A DNA stretch of 17,022 nucleotides from Chlamydiota bacterium (GCA_037133055.1 JBAXOY010000065.1:1-17022), one strand, 5' to 3'. Counted from the first letter of the stretch, positions 8,477-15,965 are shown. The notes: a model not told the origin generated them from the sequence alone. Translations and numbers: made by a program.

Positions 8477-9598
8477 ATGACGAGTCCGTTCGCAAAGCCA
8501 CAGCCGGGGCTCCGGGTGAAGCCCGGCGGCCCGCCGATCCAGATGCCCACGCAGGAAGAGGCCGCCGCGTACCCCGCGGAGGCCGCCGCGATGCTCGGGG
8601 GGATACAGGCGGCGCAGGCCCCGGCCGGAGGCTTCCGGATCGACTGGATGCGGGGCCGCCATTTTCTCATCGCCGGCGGCACCGGCTCGGGTTTCGGCGG
8701 GTGCGTCGCGCAGGCCGTCCTCGCCGGCGTCGGCGAAACGGGTAGCCTCACCGTCGTCTCCCGCGACCCCTCCCGGTCCGTCGCCTATGAAACCGGGATC
8801 CTCATGCAGGAAAGGGCCGCGCGCGACGGGATGGGCGCGCGCTTCCACTGGATCAACTACGGGCTGGCGGCCGAGGGGAAGAAGTTCGACCGGATACTCG
8901 CGGCGCTCCGCGAGGCGGGCGCGGACCGCGTCGTGTATGTGAACGCGGTCGCCGCGGCCCACTCGGGGCTCCTGCCGGGGTTCCCCCCCGTCTATGTGAA
9001 GGACCTCGACGAGGAGGGGCTCTTCCAGTGGGAGCTTCTCCCCCTTGACGAGCGGGCGATCGAGGCGACGCGGGTCCCCATGGGCGAGCTCGCCGCCGCC
9101 TTCGCCCCGGCCCTCGAGCAGGCTGGGGTCGCGGTCGAGGCGACCGTCTTCCTGGACTGGAGGGGGAGCCTCGACCGCGGCAGCCGCGATCCCGCGAGCC
9201 CCGACTACGGGCGCCAGGGGCCCTATTCGACGAGCCTCTACATCCCGAAGGAGATCATCCGCGCGGCGACCGCGGCGGCGATCGGAAGGGGGAGGACCGT
9301 GCTCGATATTTTTCTCCCCGTGATGCACACGCGGGCCCTGGGCCTCATCCCGGGAGGGGCGCTCATGCCGCGCCTCTTCGACAGTCTCATGAAACGCGAG
9401 GGGGTGAGGCGCGTGGATGCGCCCGAGCTCGCGCTCGCCGCCCTGCACAGGGCCGGCCTCGCGCTCGGCGGCGGGTCGCCCAACCCGTTCCCGCGGCTCG
9501 ATCTCCACGAGGCGGCGCTCGACCTCTGGTTCATCGAGGTCCTGACGCGCCTGAATGAGGACCCGGAGAGCGAGTTCCACTACCGGCGCTGGATCTGA
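8477..9598 (+). CDS. Hypothetical Rossmann-fold NAD(P)-binding protein, possibly enoyl-reductase/SDR-like
   Basis: RBS GAGGTG; FLIAGGTGSGFG glycine loop; VYVNAVA strand; YSTSLYIPK (Y-x7-K). The ORF is well supported but the function is uncertain. Confidence 0.6.
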   Translation: MTSPFAKPQPGLRVKPGGPPIQMPTQEEAAAYPAEAAAMLGGIQAAQAPAGGFRIDWMRGRHFLIAGGTGSGFGGCVAQAVLAGVGETGSLTVVSRDPSRSVAYETGILMQERAARDGMGARFHWINYGLAAEGKKFDRILAALREAGADRVVYVNAVAAAHSGLLPGFPPVYVKDLDEEGLFQWELLPLDERAIEATRVPMGELAAAFAPALEQAGVAVEATVFLDWRGSLDRGSRDPASPDYGRQGPYSTSLYIPKEIIRAATAAAIGRGRTVLDIFLPVMHTRALGLIPGGALMPRLFDSLMKREGVRRVDAPELALAALHRAGLALGGGSPNPFPRLDLHEAALDLWFIEVLTRLNEDPESEFHYRRWI

Positions 9599-9683
9599 TG
9601 CGGACTTCACGCGCGTGCCCGCCCCCCCCGCGCGCGGTGGAATAACCGGGGAGGGCCGCAGGCATCCTGGAGGAGGACTGACC

Positions 9684-11018
9684 GTGAAAATACCGTTGGC
9701 GGCTGTCGTGCTCGCCTTCCTCGCAGTGCTTCCGGCGCGGGCGCAGAAGCCCGTCCGCGAACCGGTGGCGCGGGATCTGATCGAGATGATGGGGAAGGAG
9801 GAGTTCCCCGGCGCGGTGAGCCTGTTCGACGCGAAGATGCGGGAGGTCATGCCCGCGGATACACTCAGGGACCTCTGGGCGGGGCTCACCGCAAAGGCCG
9901 GGCGTTTTGAATATCCCGGCCCGGCGAGGGCGGAATCGGCGGGCGGGAGTGGCTCGCAGACGGTCCGCGTCCTGTGCGTGTTCGAGAAGGGCGCGTTCGC
10001 CGCGAAGGTCGGCGTGGATGGGGAGGGAAGAATCTCCGGCCTCTCCTTTCTCCCCGCCGCCGCCCCGTCCCTTGAGGAGGAGTTGCGCCCGATGCCCGCG
10101 CTCTTCCAGGAGAGGAGCGCGACGGTCGGGACGGGGGAATGGGCTCTGCCGGGGACGCTCACCATGCCCGCGGTGAGCGGCCCGGTACCCGCGGTTGTTT
10201 TGGTGCACGGCGCGGGTCCCTACGACCGCGACGAGCGCGTCGGCCCCAACAGGCCCTTCCGCGACCTCGCGTGGGGGCTCGCATCGCGGGGGATCGCGGT
10301 GCTCCGCTACGAGAAGCGGACAAAAGAGCATGCCCGCCTCCTCGATCCGATGAAAGACCGCATCACCGCGAACGAGGAAACGGTGGACGACGCCCTTGCG
10401 GCGGTGAAGCTCCTGCGTGGGATCGGGGGAATCAACTCGAAAAAGATCTTCGTGCTCGGGCACGGCCTCGGGGGGATGCTCGCCCCGAGGATCGCCTCGC
10501 GCGATCCCGGCATCGCGGGGCTCATCATCCTCGCCGGCATGAGCAGGCCGCTCGAGGACGTGATCCTCGGCCAGATGACGTATATTCTCTCGCTCAACGA
10601 GGGTGAAGCATTCGCCGGCGACAAGGCCCAGCTCGAGCGTATCAAGGGTCAGGCGGCAAGGGTCAAGGACCGCTCGCTCTCGGAGAAGGTGCCGCCCACG
10701 GAGCTCCCCCTCGGAATCCCCGCTTCCTACTGGCTTGACCTCCGCGGCTACAACCCCCCCGAGACGGCGAAGAAGCTGAACCGCCCGGTGCTGATCCTCC
10801 AGGGCGGGAGGGACTACCAGGCGACCGCCGGGGATTTCGAGGGGTGGAAGAAGGCGCTCGGGTCGCGGGCGAACGCGCAGTTGCGGTGGTACCCCCGCCT
10901 GAACCACCAATTCGTGTCGGGCGAGGGGATGAGCACGCCGGAGGAGTACCTCCAGCGCCGGAGGACGGTCGAGGGTCCCGTGCTCGACGAGATCGCCTCG
11001 TGGGTCGGGAAACAGTAG
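9684..11018 (+). CDS. Secreted alpha/beta hydrolase with N-terminal DUF3887-like domain; nucleophile Ser replaced by Gly
   Basis: RBS GGAGGAGG, GTG at 9684. Signal peptide; PAVVLVHGAGPYDRDE, GIAVLRYEKR, GHGLGG, LILQGGRDYQ, LNHQF. Confidence 0.88.
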   Translation: MKIPLAAVVLAFLAVLPARAQKPVREPVARDLIEMMGKEEFPGAVSLFDAKMREVMPADTLRDLWAGLTAKAGRFEYPGPARAESAGGSGSQTVRVLCVFEKGAFAAKVGVDGEGRISGLSFLPAAAPSLEEELRPMPALFQERSATVGTGEWALPGTLTMPAVSGPVPAVVLVHGAGPYDRDERVGPNRPFRDLAWGLASRGIAVLRYEKRTKEHARLLDPMKDRITANEETVDDALAAVKLLRGIGGINSKKIFVLGHGLGGMLAPRIASRDPGIAGLIILAGMSRPLEDVILGQMTYILSLNEGEAFAGDKAQLERIKGQAARVKDRSLSEKVPPTELPLGIPASYWLDLRGYNPPETAKKLNRPVLILQGGRDYQATAGDFEGWKKALGSRANAQLRWYPRLNHQFVSGEGMSTPEEYLQRRRTVEGPVLDEIASWVGKQ

Positions 11019-11061
11019 CGGGAGCCCGCGTACGCCTCGGGGGCCGGGAAGCCCGCCGCGA

Positions 11062-11946
11062 TCAGGAAACCCCGCAGTTGTCCCCCGTGCCTTCTCCCCC
11101 CCGCGCGGCGACGATGGCCGGCAGCGCCAGATAGCGCTTCCCCTCCTTTTCCTTCCCGTGCTTGAGGCAGCCCTGACCGTAGATCCGGCATTTCTTATCG
11201 AGTTCCCGCAACGCGAGAGTCCTCTGCTCCGCGCTCAGAAGGCCGGGCGCGCTGATATTTTTCACGAGGGACCGGATTCTCAGTTTATCCATCCCCACAC
11301 GGTGGATCCGCGACATCTGGTCCACGCGCCCCCCGTCCTTGAAGGTGAGCGCCCGGTTCACGAGGAGGAACGGGCGGGACACGCTTGCGCGGAGCCAGAG
11401 GTCGTAGTCCTCGCAGCAGACAAGCGACTCGTCGAAGAGGCCGATCTCGTCGAAGAGCGTACGCCGCGCGATCACCGTCGAGGGGCTTACCGCGCAGAGG
11501 GGGAGGCAGCGCGGGAAGATCCACCCGTGATATTTTCGGTGTTTCGGTCTTTGGGGGAGGACCCGCCCGCCGGAGTACCAGATCTCCTGCGTGTGCGAGA
11601 TCGGGTACCCGGGCTCGCGCCTCATCGCCTCGATCTGGACGGCGAGCTTCTCCGGGTGCCACCAGTCGTCCGAGTCGAGGAAGGCGATGAGGGGGGCGCG
11701 GGTGGACCTGATTCCGAGGTTGCGCGCGGCGCCGGGGTTCCCGCGCGCGATCTGGAGGACCGCGACCGCGTCGCCGAGCTCCGCGAGGAACCGCGGGGTG
11801 TCGTCGGTCGAGCGGCTGTCCACGACGATGAGCTCGAAATCGCGGAAGGTCTGGGCGAGGACGGAGTCGATCGCCTTCCGGAGGAAGGGGCCCCGGTTGT
11901 ACGTGGGGATTATCACGCTCGCCATCGGTTCCGGGGTATTTTTCAT
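11062..11946 (-). CDS. Glycosyltransferase family 2 (GT-A)
   Basis: SVIIPTYNR, ELIVVD..STDDT, ARNLG, AFLDSDD, EDYDLWLR. Its ATG overlaps the upstream TGA (ATGA). Confidence 0.92.
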   Translation of the reverse strand: MKNTPEPMASVIIPTYNRGPFLRKAIDSVLAQTFRDFELIVVDSRSTDDTPRFLAELGDAVAVLQIARGNPGAARNLGIRSTRAPLIAFLDSDDWWHPEKLAVQIEAMRREPGYPISHTQEIWYSGGRVLPQRPKHRKYHGWIFPRCLPLCAVSPSTVIARRTLFDEIGLFDESLVCCEDYDLWLRASVSRPFLLVNRALTFKDGGRVDQMSRIHRVGMDKLRIRSLVKNISAPGLLSAEQRTLALRELDKKCRIYGQGCLKHGKEKEGKRYLALPAIVAARGGEGTGDNCGVS

Positions 11947-13319
11947 GCGAACGGGAACGGCAGGCTCAGATCCCGCCACATCGCCGCCTCCTCCATGCAG
12001 AGATAGAGCGGAACGCTCTTCGCGCGCGCCCGCAGCATCCGCGCCATCCCGCGGCAGATCCGGAGCCGCGCCGCCCGCGGGTACCGGAGTTTTCCGTCGA
12101 AGCCCGGGAGGAGCTCCCCGTCGAGCAGCGCGCTCCCCGGGAACCGGCGCTCGACTGCCCGCGCCGTCCCCGTGGCGAAGCGCAGCGTCCCGACGCTGAT
12201 CCAGGCGATCCGCTCCGGTTTCACCGCCTCGAAGAGGGCGTCGACGACCCCTCCGTAGGCGGACTCCCACCCCTCGAAGAGGATGACCGGGTCGAAATGA
12301 AACGCGACGGGATACCCCGCATCGGCGGCGGATGACGCCGCGCGGAGGCGGCCGGCGAGGGGGGCAGTGAGGGGTTCGTGCGCATCGATGATCGCCTGCG
12401 GGTTCAGCGACCAGCCGACGACGATGTTCCCGGCGTGCTGCGCTTTGAGGAGATTGCCGATGGCGGCGCTTTTCGTCTTCAGTTCGAAGAGCGTGTCCGG
12501 TCGGCCGGAGAAGAATTCGACCAGCGGCAGGGAGTATTCCGTCAGGCGGTCGAGCGCGAGCGAATCGGAGAATTCCCCCGTGCCGATGCGGATCCGCCCC
12601 TGCCGCCGCCATCTCCGCGCCGCGGGGGATGCGGCGAAGCGCCCGAAGCGGTCGAAGAAATCCTCGTGGTTCGCGGGCAGGATGATGCCGGGGACGTTCG
12701 CGTACCCATGGAGGAAACAGTAGGCGCAGTCGAAGACGCAGCCGAAGCCCATATTCAGTATGTGGTAGCCGCACGGCACCGCCCCGCGCGTGCAGGGGCA
12801 GTTCTTGAAGAAGTCGTGGCGCTCCCGGACGATGAAGATGGTGTCGCGGCGGGCGCTGCAGGCGGGGGGGCGCGCGTCGGCGCGCCGCGCGAGGTGCTCC
12901 TTCAGCGACCCGATCTCGACGAGGTCCGCCCCGGGGAAGGCGCGCCTGAACCGGCGCGCGAGCGCGGAATCACGGACCGACTGCTCCACCACGATACGGC
13001 GCGGCGAGAACCGCGCCGTCCCCGGCGACCCGCTCGCGGGGGAAAGGCCGAAGTCGATCTCCGGAAGCACGGCCCTCGCGCGCTCCGCGGGTGATGCGTG
13101 CGGGTACCTGAGGCGGAGGAGGTGTTCCTTGACGGGGGCGAAGCGGCGCGTGTCGATCCGCCGAAGCGCCCCGGCCGGGGGGACGCCGTCACGCCTCGAG
13201 ATCTCGCAGAGGAGGCGCGTGATCTCGCGCTCCTTGTTGACGCCGAAGCGGGGGAATCGCGCCTTCACCAGCGCGCGGGCCTCGTTCAGGCGCGCGGTTT
13301 CTCCCTGAAGAGATCGCAT
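11943..13319 (-). CDS. Spore photoproduct lyase (SplB)-like radical SAM protein with N-terminal extension
   Basis: GCVFDCAYCFL CxxxCxxC, RIGTGEFSDSL, FELKTKS, VVGWSLNP, E..TAPL..RL, FHFDPVI, YLCME. The start may be a few codons later. Confidence 0.88.
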   Translation of the reverse strand: MRSLQGETARLNEARALVKARFPRFGVNKEREITRLLCEISRRDGVPPAGALRRIDTRRFAPVKEHLLRLRYPHASPAERARAVLPEIDFGLSPASGSPGTARFSPRRIVVEQSVRDSALARRFRRAFPGADLVEIGSLKEHLARRADARPPACSARRDTIFIVRERHDFFKNCPCTRGAVPCGYHILNMGFGCVFDCAYCFLHGYANVPGIILPANHEDFFDRFGRFAASPAARRWRRQGRIRIGTGEFSDSLALDRLTEYSLPLVEFFSGRPDTLFELKTKSAAIGNLLKAQHAGNIVVGWSLNPQAIIDAHEPLTAPLAGRLRAASSAADAGYPVAFHFDPVILFEGWESAYGGVVDALFEAVKPERIAWISVGTLRFATGTARAVERRFPGSALLDGELLPGFDGKLRYPRAARLRICRGMARMLRARAKSVPLYLCMEEAAMWRDLSLPFPFA

Positions 13320-14035
13320 AGTATCCCGGATGCATCCCCGACGGCGCGGTCGATGGCGTCACGGTCGTCCGCCGAGAGCGGCGCGTGGAAGGGCTTCTCC
13401 ACGATGATATCCGCGGCATAGAGAAGCGCGGCCGCGCGCCTCCCCGTCCGCCGGGCGGCGGCGAACACCGCCGCGCACTCCATGTCGACGAGCCCGATGC
13501 CGTGCGCCCGCAGGGCGGGGAGCAGGCCCTCCTGGAGTTTCAAGGAGCCGATGGAGAGGCATGGCGCGTCACTGATCTCCCGCGACCCGGAAAGGGAGAG
13601 GACGCTCGCGCGGAGTTCCGCGTCCGGGTGGAGCGCGTCGCTGAAACGGATGTCATCCTCGAGGAGCCGCGTGAAGCTCTCGGCGGAATGGCAGACGGAC
13701 GGGCTGACGAGGCTCCCGATCCGGAGCCCTCGGTCGCTCCCCGCGAGGCCGCACGAACCGAAAAGGACGATCTCGTCGCACGGCGTCTCCGCGAGGTGAA
13801 GGACCGCGTCGCCCGCGAGCGCCGCGCCGACGCCCGTGCGGATGAGCGTGAAGCCCCGCCCCTCCGCGGTCCCGTACAGCATTCCCCGCGAAAACGCCGG
13901 CGCGCCGAAACCGCGCACGACCTCCCTGCCCGCGAGCGGGAGCAGGACGCAGGCGCGGCCGACCCGAGATTTCTCCACCCCGAACAGTCTTTCGAATGTA
14001 TCCACGCGAATGGCCCCGCGTGCAAGGTGCGACAC
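13286..14035 (-). CDS. Nucleoside phosphorylase/nucleosidase (PNP/UDP/MTAN superfamily)-like protein
   Basis: TGVGAALA, IVLFGSCG, IGSLV, VDMECAAVF, LYAAD. An alternative GTG start is at 14005. Confidence 0.75.
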   Translation of the reverse strand: MSHLARGAIRVDTFERLFGVEKSRVGRACVLLPLAGREVVRGFGAPAFSRGMLYGTAEGRGFTLIRTGVGAALAGDAVLHLAETPCDEIVLFGSCGLAGSDRGLRIGSLVSPSVCHSAESFTRLLEDDIRFSDALHPDAELRASVLSLSGSREISDAPCLSIGSLKLQEGLLPALRAHGIGLVDMECAAVFAAARRTGRRAAALLYAADIIVEKPFHAPLSADDRDAIDRAVGDASGILCDLFREKPRA

Positions 14036-14141
14036 AGGGGACTGATGAGCATCTCACGCCCGTTGCCGGTGGTGCGCCGGGTACGAGTCGAGAAGGCGAC
14101 GGATCGTCTTATCGCACGCCGTCCTCCCTTCGTGCCCGCCT

Positions 14142-14170
14142 ATTATACATTCTGATACAATAGATGACAG
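14142..14170. promoter_or_regulatory. Overlapping back-to-back sigma70-type promoters
   Basis: - strand: CTGTCA (14170-14165)-N17-TATAAT (14147-14142). + strand: extended -10 TGaTACAAT (14153-14161). Both lie in an AT-rich island between divergent genes. Confidence 0.55.
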
Positions 14171-14185
14171 CAGGGAGATCGATCC

Positions 14186-14938
14186 ATGGACGAAGAGATT
14201 CTCGGCGAGGTCGCCGCGGCGCTCCGGGAGGCGAAATCGGTCGTCGTCCTGACGGGGGCGGGTGTGTCCGCGGAGAGCGGAATCCCCACCTTCCGCGACG
14301 CGATGGAGGGGCTCTGGGAGAAGTTCGACCCGATGGAGCTGGCGACACCCGAGGCGTTCGCCACGCACCCGCGCGTGGTCGCCCGCTGGTACGACGAGCG
14401 CCGGCTTCAGTGCGCCTCGTGCAGGCCCAATCCCGGGCACATCGCCCTCGCGGAGATGGAGCGGCGCATCACGGAGAGAGGCGGCCGGTTCACGCTCCTC
14501 ACGCAGAACGTGGACGGCCTGCACCAGGCCGCGGGGAGCGCGAACGTGGCGGAGCTCCACGGCTCGATCTGGAAATGGCGCTGCCTGCGCTGCGGGCTGA
14601 CGAGGGAAGAGCGGGGGGGGGCGTTCGACCGCTACCCGCCGCGGTGCGCGTACGGCGGGTGGAAGAGGCCGGCCATCGTCTGGTTCGGGGAGGGGCTCCC
14701 CGAAGAGGCGCTCGCCGCCTCCGAGCGCGCGCTCCGATCCTGCGGCCTCTTTTTCTCCGTCGGGACGAGCGCGGTCGTGCAGCCGTCGGCGAGCTTCATC
14801 CACGCGGCGCGGAGCCGCGGCGCGAAGACGGTCGAGGTGAACCGGGATCCGACGCCGATCACCCGGCTCGTCGACTGGTCCATCCGCGGAAAATCAGGGG
14901 AGATACTGCCCGCCCTCGTCAATGGGGTCAGACCTTAA
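14186..14938 (+). CDS. cobB: NAD-dependent protein deacylase (sirtuin, class III-like)
   Basis: LTGAGVSAESGIPTFR, WYDERR (Y..R), PNPGH, TQNVDGLH, ELHGS, CLRC, RPAIVWFGE, VGTS..VQP, EVN. Confidence 0.95.
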   Translation: MDEEILGEVAAALREAKSVVVLTGAGVSAESGIPTFRDAMEGLWEKFDPMELATPEAFATHPRVVARWYDERRLQCASCRPNPGHIALAEMERRITERGGRFTLLTQNVDGLHQAAGSANVAELHGSIWKWRCLRCGLTREERGGAFDRYPPRCAYGGWKRPAIVWFGEGLPEEALAASERALRSCGLFFSVGTSAVVQPSASFIHAARSRGAKTVEVNRDPTPITRLVDWSIRGKSGEILPALVNGVRP

Positions 14939-14999
14939 CTATTAACTGGTGACAATCAGTGGTCAGGCCTTTCTAGTTAATAGTTAAGGTCTGACCCCA
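14923..14999. repeat. 25-bp perfect inverted repeat (REP/MITE-like hairpin)
   Basis: TGGGGTCAGACCTTAACTATTAACT (14923-14947) and its exact reverse complement (14975-14999) with a 27-nt spacer; AT-rich relative to the flanks. Confidence 0.9.
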
Positions 15000-15010
15000 A
15001 AGGGGGACGC

Positions 15011-15430
15011 ATGAAAATCGTCAACGAACGGATCGAGCTCGACACGAAGGGGGACGGGGACCTGATCGACCTCACCGCCGAGGTCGCTCGCCTCATCGAG
15101 GGCACGGGGCTCACAACCGGCAGCGTCACGGTGTTCGTCGTCGGGTCCACCGCGGCGATCACGACGTTCGAGTACGAGCCGGGGCTGGTCCACGACATGC
15201 GCGAGCTCTATGAAAAGCTCGTGCCCCGGAAGAGGCGCTATGCCCATGACGAGACATGGGGCGACGCCAACGGATTCAGCCACCTGCGCGCGGCGCTCCA
15301 GGGGCCCTCGCTCACCGTCCCGTTCGAGGGGGGGAGACTCATCCTCGGGACATGGCAGCAGGTGGTGCTCGCCGAGTTCGACAACCGCCCGCGCCGGCGG
15401 CGGGTCGTGGTGCAGGTCGTGGGGGATTAA
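15011..15430 (+). CDS. yjbQ: YjbQ/UPF0047 family protein (secondary thiamine-phosphate synthase-like)
   Basis: IDLT, GSVTVFVVGSTAAI...EYEP, YAHD...NGFSHLRA, LGTWQQVVLAEFD. Confidence 0.92.
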   Translation: MKIVNERIELDTKGDGDLIDLTAEVARLIEGTGLTTGSVTVFVVGSTAAITTFEYEPGLVHDMRELYEKLVPRKRRYAHDETWGDANGFSHLRAALQGPSLTVPFEGGRLILGTWQQVVLAEFDNRPRRRRVVVQVVGD

Positions 15431-15431
15431 A

Positions 15432-15480
15432 GAAGGGTGTGAAGGGTGAGAAGGGTGTGAAGGGTGTGAAGGGTGAGAAG
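15432..15480. repeat. Tandem 9-bp repeat GAAGGGTG(T/A), 5 copies plus a partial copy
   Basis: Units start at 15432, 15441, 15450, 15459 and 15468, with a partial GAAG at 15477. Confidence 0.95.
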
Positions 15481-15500
15481 AGAGGGGTAGGTAGACGGGC

Positions 15501-15529
15501 TTGATTTCCGCGCGATGATGGGATATACT
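15501..15529 (+). promoter_or_regulatory. Sigma70 promoter of ssrA
   Basis: TTGATT-N17-TATACT, ending about 20 nt upstream of the mature tmRNA 5' end. Confidence 0.75.
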
Positions 15530-15548
15530 GTCGGCAGGTCAAAAATAC

Positions 15549-15906
15549 GGGGGTGATCGGTTTCGACTGGTGTGTGCGCGCTTCAGCTGCATGCAGAGGT
15601 TGTCAGGAGGCCTCTTAAAACACCTGGCACAGTCATAACTGCGAACGAGCAGTTAGCACTGGCCGCGTAAATCACGCGGTCACGTCCTCCTGAAACCCGC
15701 CTGCGGTGACGGGAAGGACGCCGGAAGCAGGCTGGACGCGGACCTTGTTCCCTGGGGGCCGCGGCCATCGTTTTGCAGGGGATAGCGGCCCGGGCATCCG
15801 GCCCCGTGTGGAGGCCCGGGCGGCGAAATCAAATTCGGGGCTACGCATGTAGATGCTGTTGCGGGTGTTCATCAGGACGCGGGTTCGATTCCCGCCACCT
15901 CCACCA
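15549..15906 (+). ncRNA. ssrA: tmRNA (one-piece); tag peptide (A)ANEQLALAA encoded at 15641-15670
   Basis: 5' GGGGGTGATCGGTTTCGAC. 3' T-arm GCGGG-TTCGATT-CCCGC, then CACCTCC-A-CCA giving the G3:U70 Ala determinant. ATAACT precedes the GCG resume codon and the tag ends ALAA-stop. Length 358 nt. Confidence 0.97.
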
Positions 15907-15921
15907 CTATTACCGACGCGG

Positions 15922-15946
15922 ACCCGCGGCGTAGTGCCGCGGGTTT
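15922..15946 (+). terminator. Hairpin terminator downstream of ssrA
   Basis: ACCCGCGGC-gtagt-GCCGCGGGT 9-bp stem followed by TT. Confidence 0.65.
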
Positions 15947-15965
15947 CGCACTCAGAGGGGACCGT

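Noticed and set aside
1871..10910. Long antisense ORFs (1871-3016, 6350-7867, 8417-10165, 9531-10910)
   Set aside because: Expected stop-codon scarcity in high-GC DNA opposite real genes; no recognisable motifs.
11947..12774. N-terminal extension of the GT2 ORF suggesting a radical SAM-GT2 fusion or frameshift
   Set aside because: It is a shadow frame over the SPL-like gene. Both genes are complete with a normal ATGA junction and no slippery site was noted.
14042..14049. CTGATGAG resembling a hammerhead ribozyme or fluoride riboswitch core
   Set aside because: No downstream stem II plus GAAA and no supporting pairings were found.
15432..15480. Repeat considered as a CRISPR array or a KGV/KGE coding repeat
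   Set aside because: The units are 9 bp with no spacers and there are no cas genes; ORFs crossing it are shadow frames of yjbQ.
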